64,000 nt of DNA from contig OZ316899.1 of assembly GCA_973895155.1 (NCBI GenBank), forward strand, positions 5,955,241 to 6,019,240. Direction: 5' to 3'. Under the pieces are notes generated by a model. The model made no database searches, was not told where the DNA came from, and worked only from the letters and a program-made list of their open reading frames with translations. The DNA comes from Marsupella aquatica. Taxonomy: Eukaryota; Plantae; Marchantiophyta. Made by a program: the position numbers and the translations under genes. Below, piece after piece: positions 61,480 to 64,000 of this stretch (its first letter is position 1; every line of letters begins with the position of its first letter).

Positions 61480-64000
61480 TATTTAAGTTGGTGCTTATTA
61501 CGTGGTTTATGTTAAATTGGTCAGTACTTTGTTGTTTTCCAACGGCATGATCATATAGAGAAGCTTATTTGGAATGAGTGCATTTGACAATGTTTGGTTT
61601 GGTAAAGTAGAGTTGGATCAATGGTAGCGCTTGGCGCTAGTATTATTTACATATTTTGTTCTAAATGTGTCTTTTGAGGTTAGGGCAATGCCCCATTTTT
61701 TATACAAATTTCCTTTTGAACACTCTTATAAGTGGTTGGAGAGACTTTGCACTCCCCTTTTCATGGCGTTTTTGAATGTTTTTTTGTTTGGTTTTGCTCA
61801 CAACAGTAAGGAGGATGACAATTCCATGAAAGTTTTTCCTGATGTGAGTAAAAACATTGCTCATAATAGTAAAACTTTCCTGATATGAGGAAAGTTTTTA
61901 CTCGTAACAGTTAAAAAATCTCCTGTTTCCTGGCACAGTGTAAAGCCTCATTGGCGACCCTTGCCGAGAGCATTTTCCAAGGCTTGACAAGTAGGAGTAG
62001 TAGTCTCTTGATGATGTCTTCTCGCCGAGCATTGCCAAGGAATGACAATATATGGGTTCATGCTACCTTTTCTTATAAGCTCTCTTATTGGACAAACATC
62101 TTGAGCTTCTGGTGGTCACAACTGATCCCAAGGATTCTACACTGCATCACAATTCTTGTTGATTACTTCTTTCAAGGCTGGCATCTCCAGTAGCCTAGTA
62201 GTAGTATCTTGATGATGTCTTCTCGTGCGGCAAGCATCGCAGAGGAATGACAATATATGGGTTGTAAAATGTTTTTCTAGTAAACATCATGTCGACATTA
62301 TGTCGGCGACCTCTTTGACATTCTGACTATGGTCACCTAAAACTGTACGGACACCGCATTTATGCTTATTGCTTTGCGTTTCAAGACCGTAAACCCTAAA
62401 TCAAAGATGTTTGCAAGTTTGCCGAGATCTTTGGGCCAATCTGAGCACAGTTGCCAACATGCAGGTAAGTGTTAAGCGCGACGAGCAATGACTGATATCA
62501 GTTATCAGTCATTGATAACTAATGATGTACCTTTACTCATTAATGTGTGTCTCTCAGTTTGACTTTTGGCTCTGCGGTTGCTGGTTTGGGCAATGCAACT
62601 TGCAATTTAAAGAGGCATTAGGGTAGCTCTTGCTGGTACTGATTGAGCGAGTGTGACTTGTTTAGAAATAGTGAGCTCAAATGCTATTGCAACCTTTGAG
62701 CTGATGTCTGCTTGTAATGGTACTGCAAGCTTGGCAGTGACCTGAACTCGTACCTTTATGCTACAAATTGCTGCAACGGTCTGTGAGGTTGTGCAAGGGT
62801 TATTGATTGCAACAAAGCCTAGGATGTGCGCATGCTGTTGCTACATCTGATTGAGCTGGTAAGTGCTATCTCCGATTGAGTTGCTACCTCCAATCGGGCA
62901 ATGTGAACTTTTGGGCAATGTTAGTGACATTTTTGCTGTTGAGTTTGACTTTTTGGGTTGCGCTAACATTGCTGCTTTGGGCATCTGAGCTACGACTTGC
63001 AGTTTTGACTGGGCTAGCTACATTTGATTCCATTGACGGAGCTACGCTTCTAGAAAGTTGGAGTTTGGGCAAAGGGCTGTGATCAAGCATTGTCGTTGTT
63101 GTGACACTGCGTGGTGCACACTGGACCTCCTAACTCCTTGCTTAGAAAGCTGTGACAAGGGATCCAAGCGAGCTTCAATAAAGGACATTGACCTCTAGTG
63201 AAGGTTGGATTTTCTATTTCTGGATCTTGTAGCCAGTGCTTGAAACCAGTGCTCTACAGTACGTTGTTCATTGTTGCGCTTTAGTGTTGGCTCTATCCTC
63301 CATCCCTCTACTACCCTGTTACATTTTATTAGTGCAACGTCTCTCAGAGCTTTTGATTTCTAACGTAGTATGGGCTTGAGATGTAAATGTCTCTCAGAGT
63401 TGGTTTATAAGTTTGCTAATGGGGCAATTGTTTTTGAGCTATGGAGGAGCTTAATCCTATGTCTGATACCGTGAATGCTTTGTTGCTTGGGCTTGAGAAT
63501 CTCATCCTCTATACCTTAGATTTGTTATGTCTTGTAATTCCCACATCTTGGCTGTTTTGGATTCGTGTCATCTCTGCTGCGTTCTTTTGGGCGAGTTGCA
63601 ATAGGGTGGATTTTCTGTTTTAGAGCTTATAACCAATGCTAAGTGTTTAGCTTCATTTCTATTGGCTCAATGCAGCTGATTTGTGGATAGTGGACCTATT
63701 TGGTTCACAGTGGAGTTGCAAAGGAGCTGGCCACAACATAGGTCACAACTTGGCATTGCGTGGTGGACACTGGACCTGCCAAACTCGTTGTCAGTGGTAT
63801 TTTGGAGCTGGGCAAGTTGCAAGAAGGGATTGATCAAAGCTGCAATAGTGGACGCCAACCTACAGTGAAGGTTGGATTTTATAATTTTGAAGCTTGTCAC
63901 AATTGCTGGGAGTTAATCTCTTGTTTGCTTCCTATTTGTCATAATTGTAAATGGCTTGTGTGCTCTGCGGTTGTTCACTGCTGCGCATTAGTGTTGGCCC

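Larger units (their letters stand above)
57197..61949 (+). mobile_element. MULE-2; 3' end intact, 5' end cut off by G3
   Basis: Terminus ...CCTGTTTCCTGGCACAGTGTAAAGCCTC resembles the GAGGTGTTTAC...AAACAGG end. Shares the 15-bp palindromes and contains a transposase. Confidence 0.8.

Overview
AT-rich eukaryotic DNA made almost entirely of nested, decayed transposons. The GT-AG introns, plant tRNA-Asp primer site and Ty3/Gypsy types suggest a land plant, probably a bryophyte, lycophyte or fern (inference). No intact host gene was found. From left to right: (1) a minus-strand Ty3/Gypsy gag split by a 12.4-kb Mutator-like element (664-13044, 8-bp TSD), which itself contains a left-truncated CACTA element ending at 11700; (2) a second, related CACTA remnant ending at 19615; (3) a minus-strand Ty3/Gypsy element (19616-32823) with an Athila-like fragment inside it; (4) a plus-strand Ty3/Gypsy element (~33523-57196) whose gag is split by an 11.2-kb non-autonomous CACTA (37703-48945, TSD GTG) carrying a ~710-bp satellite and exon-like cargo; (5) two ~335-bp MULE-derived MITEs; and (6) a second MULE transposase (to 61949). 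Main finding: the first CACTA carries a SET-domain (lysine methyltransferase-like) exon inside intron 1 of its TnpD transposase gene. The Cys/His-rich exon 1 can be spliced in frame to either the SET exon or the transposase. Second finding: two different Gypsy families have LTRs of about 3-4 kb that contain a homologous protein-coding gene, and one family also has a second protease-like ORF upstream of gag. All calls come from reading motifs by eye; no database searches were run.
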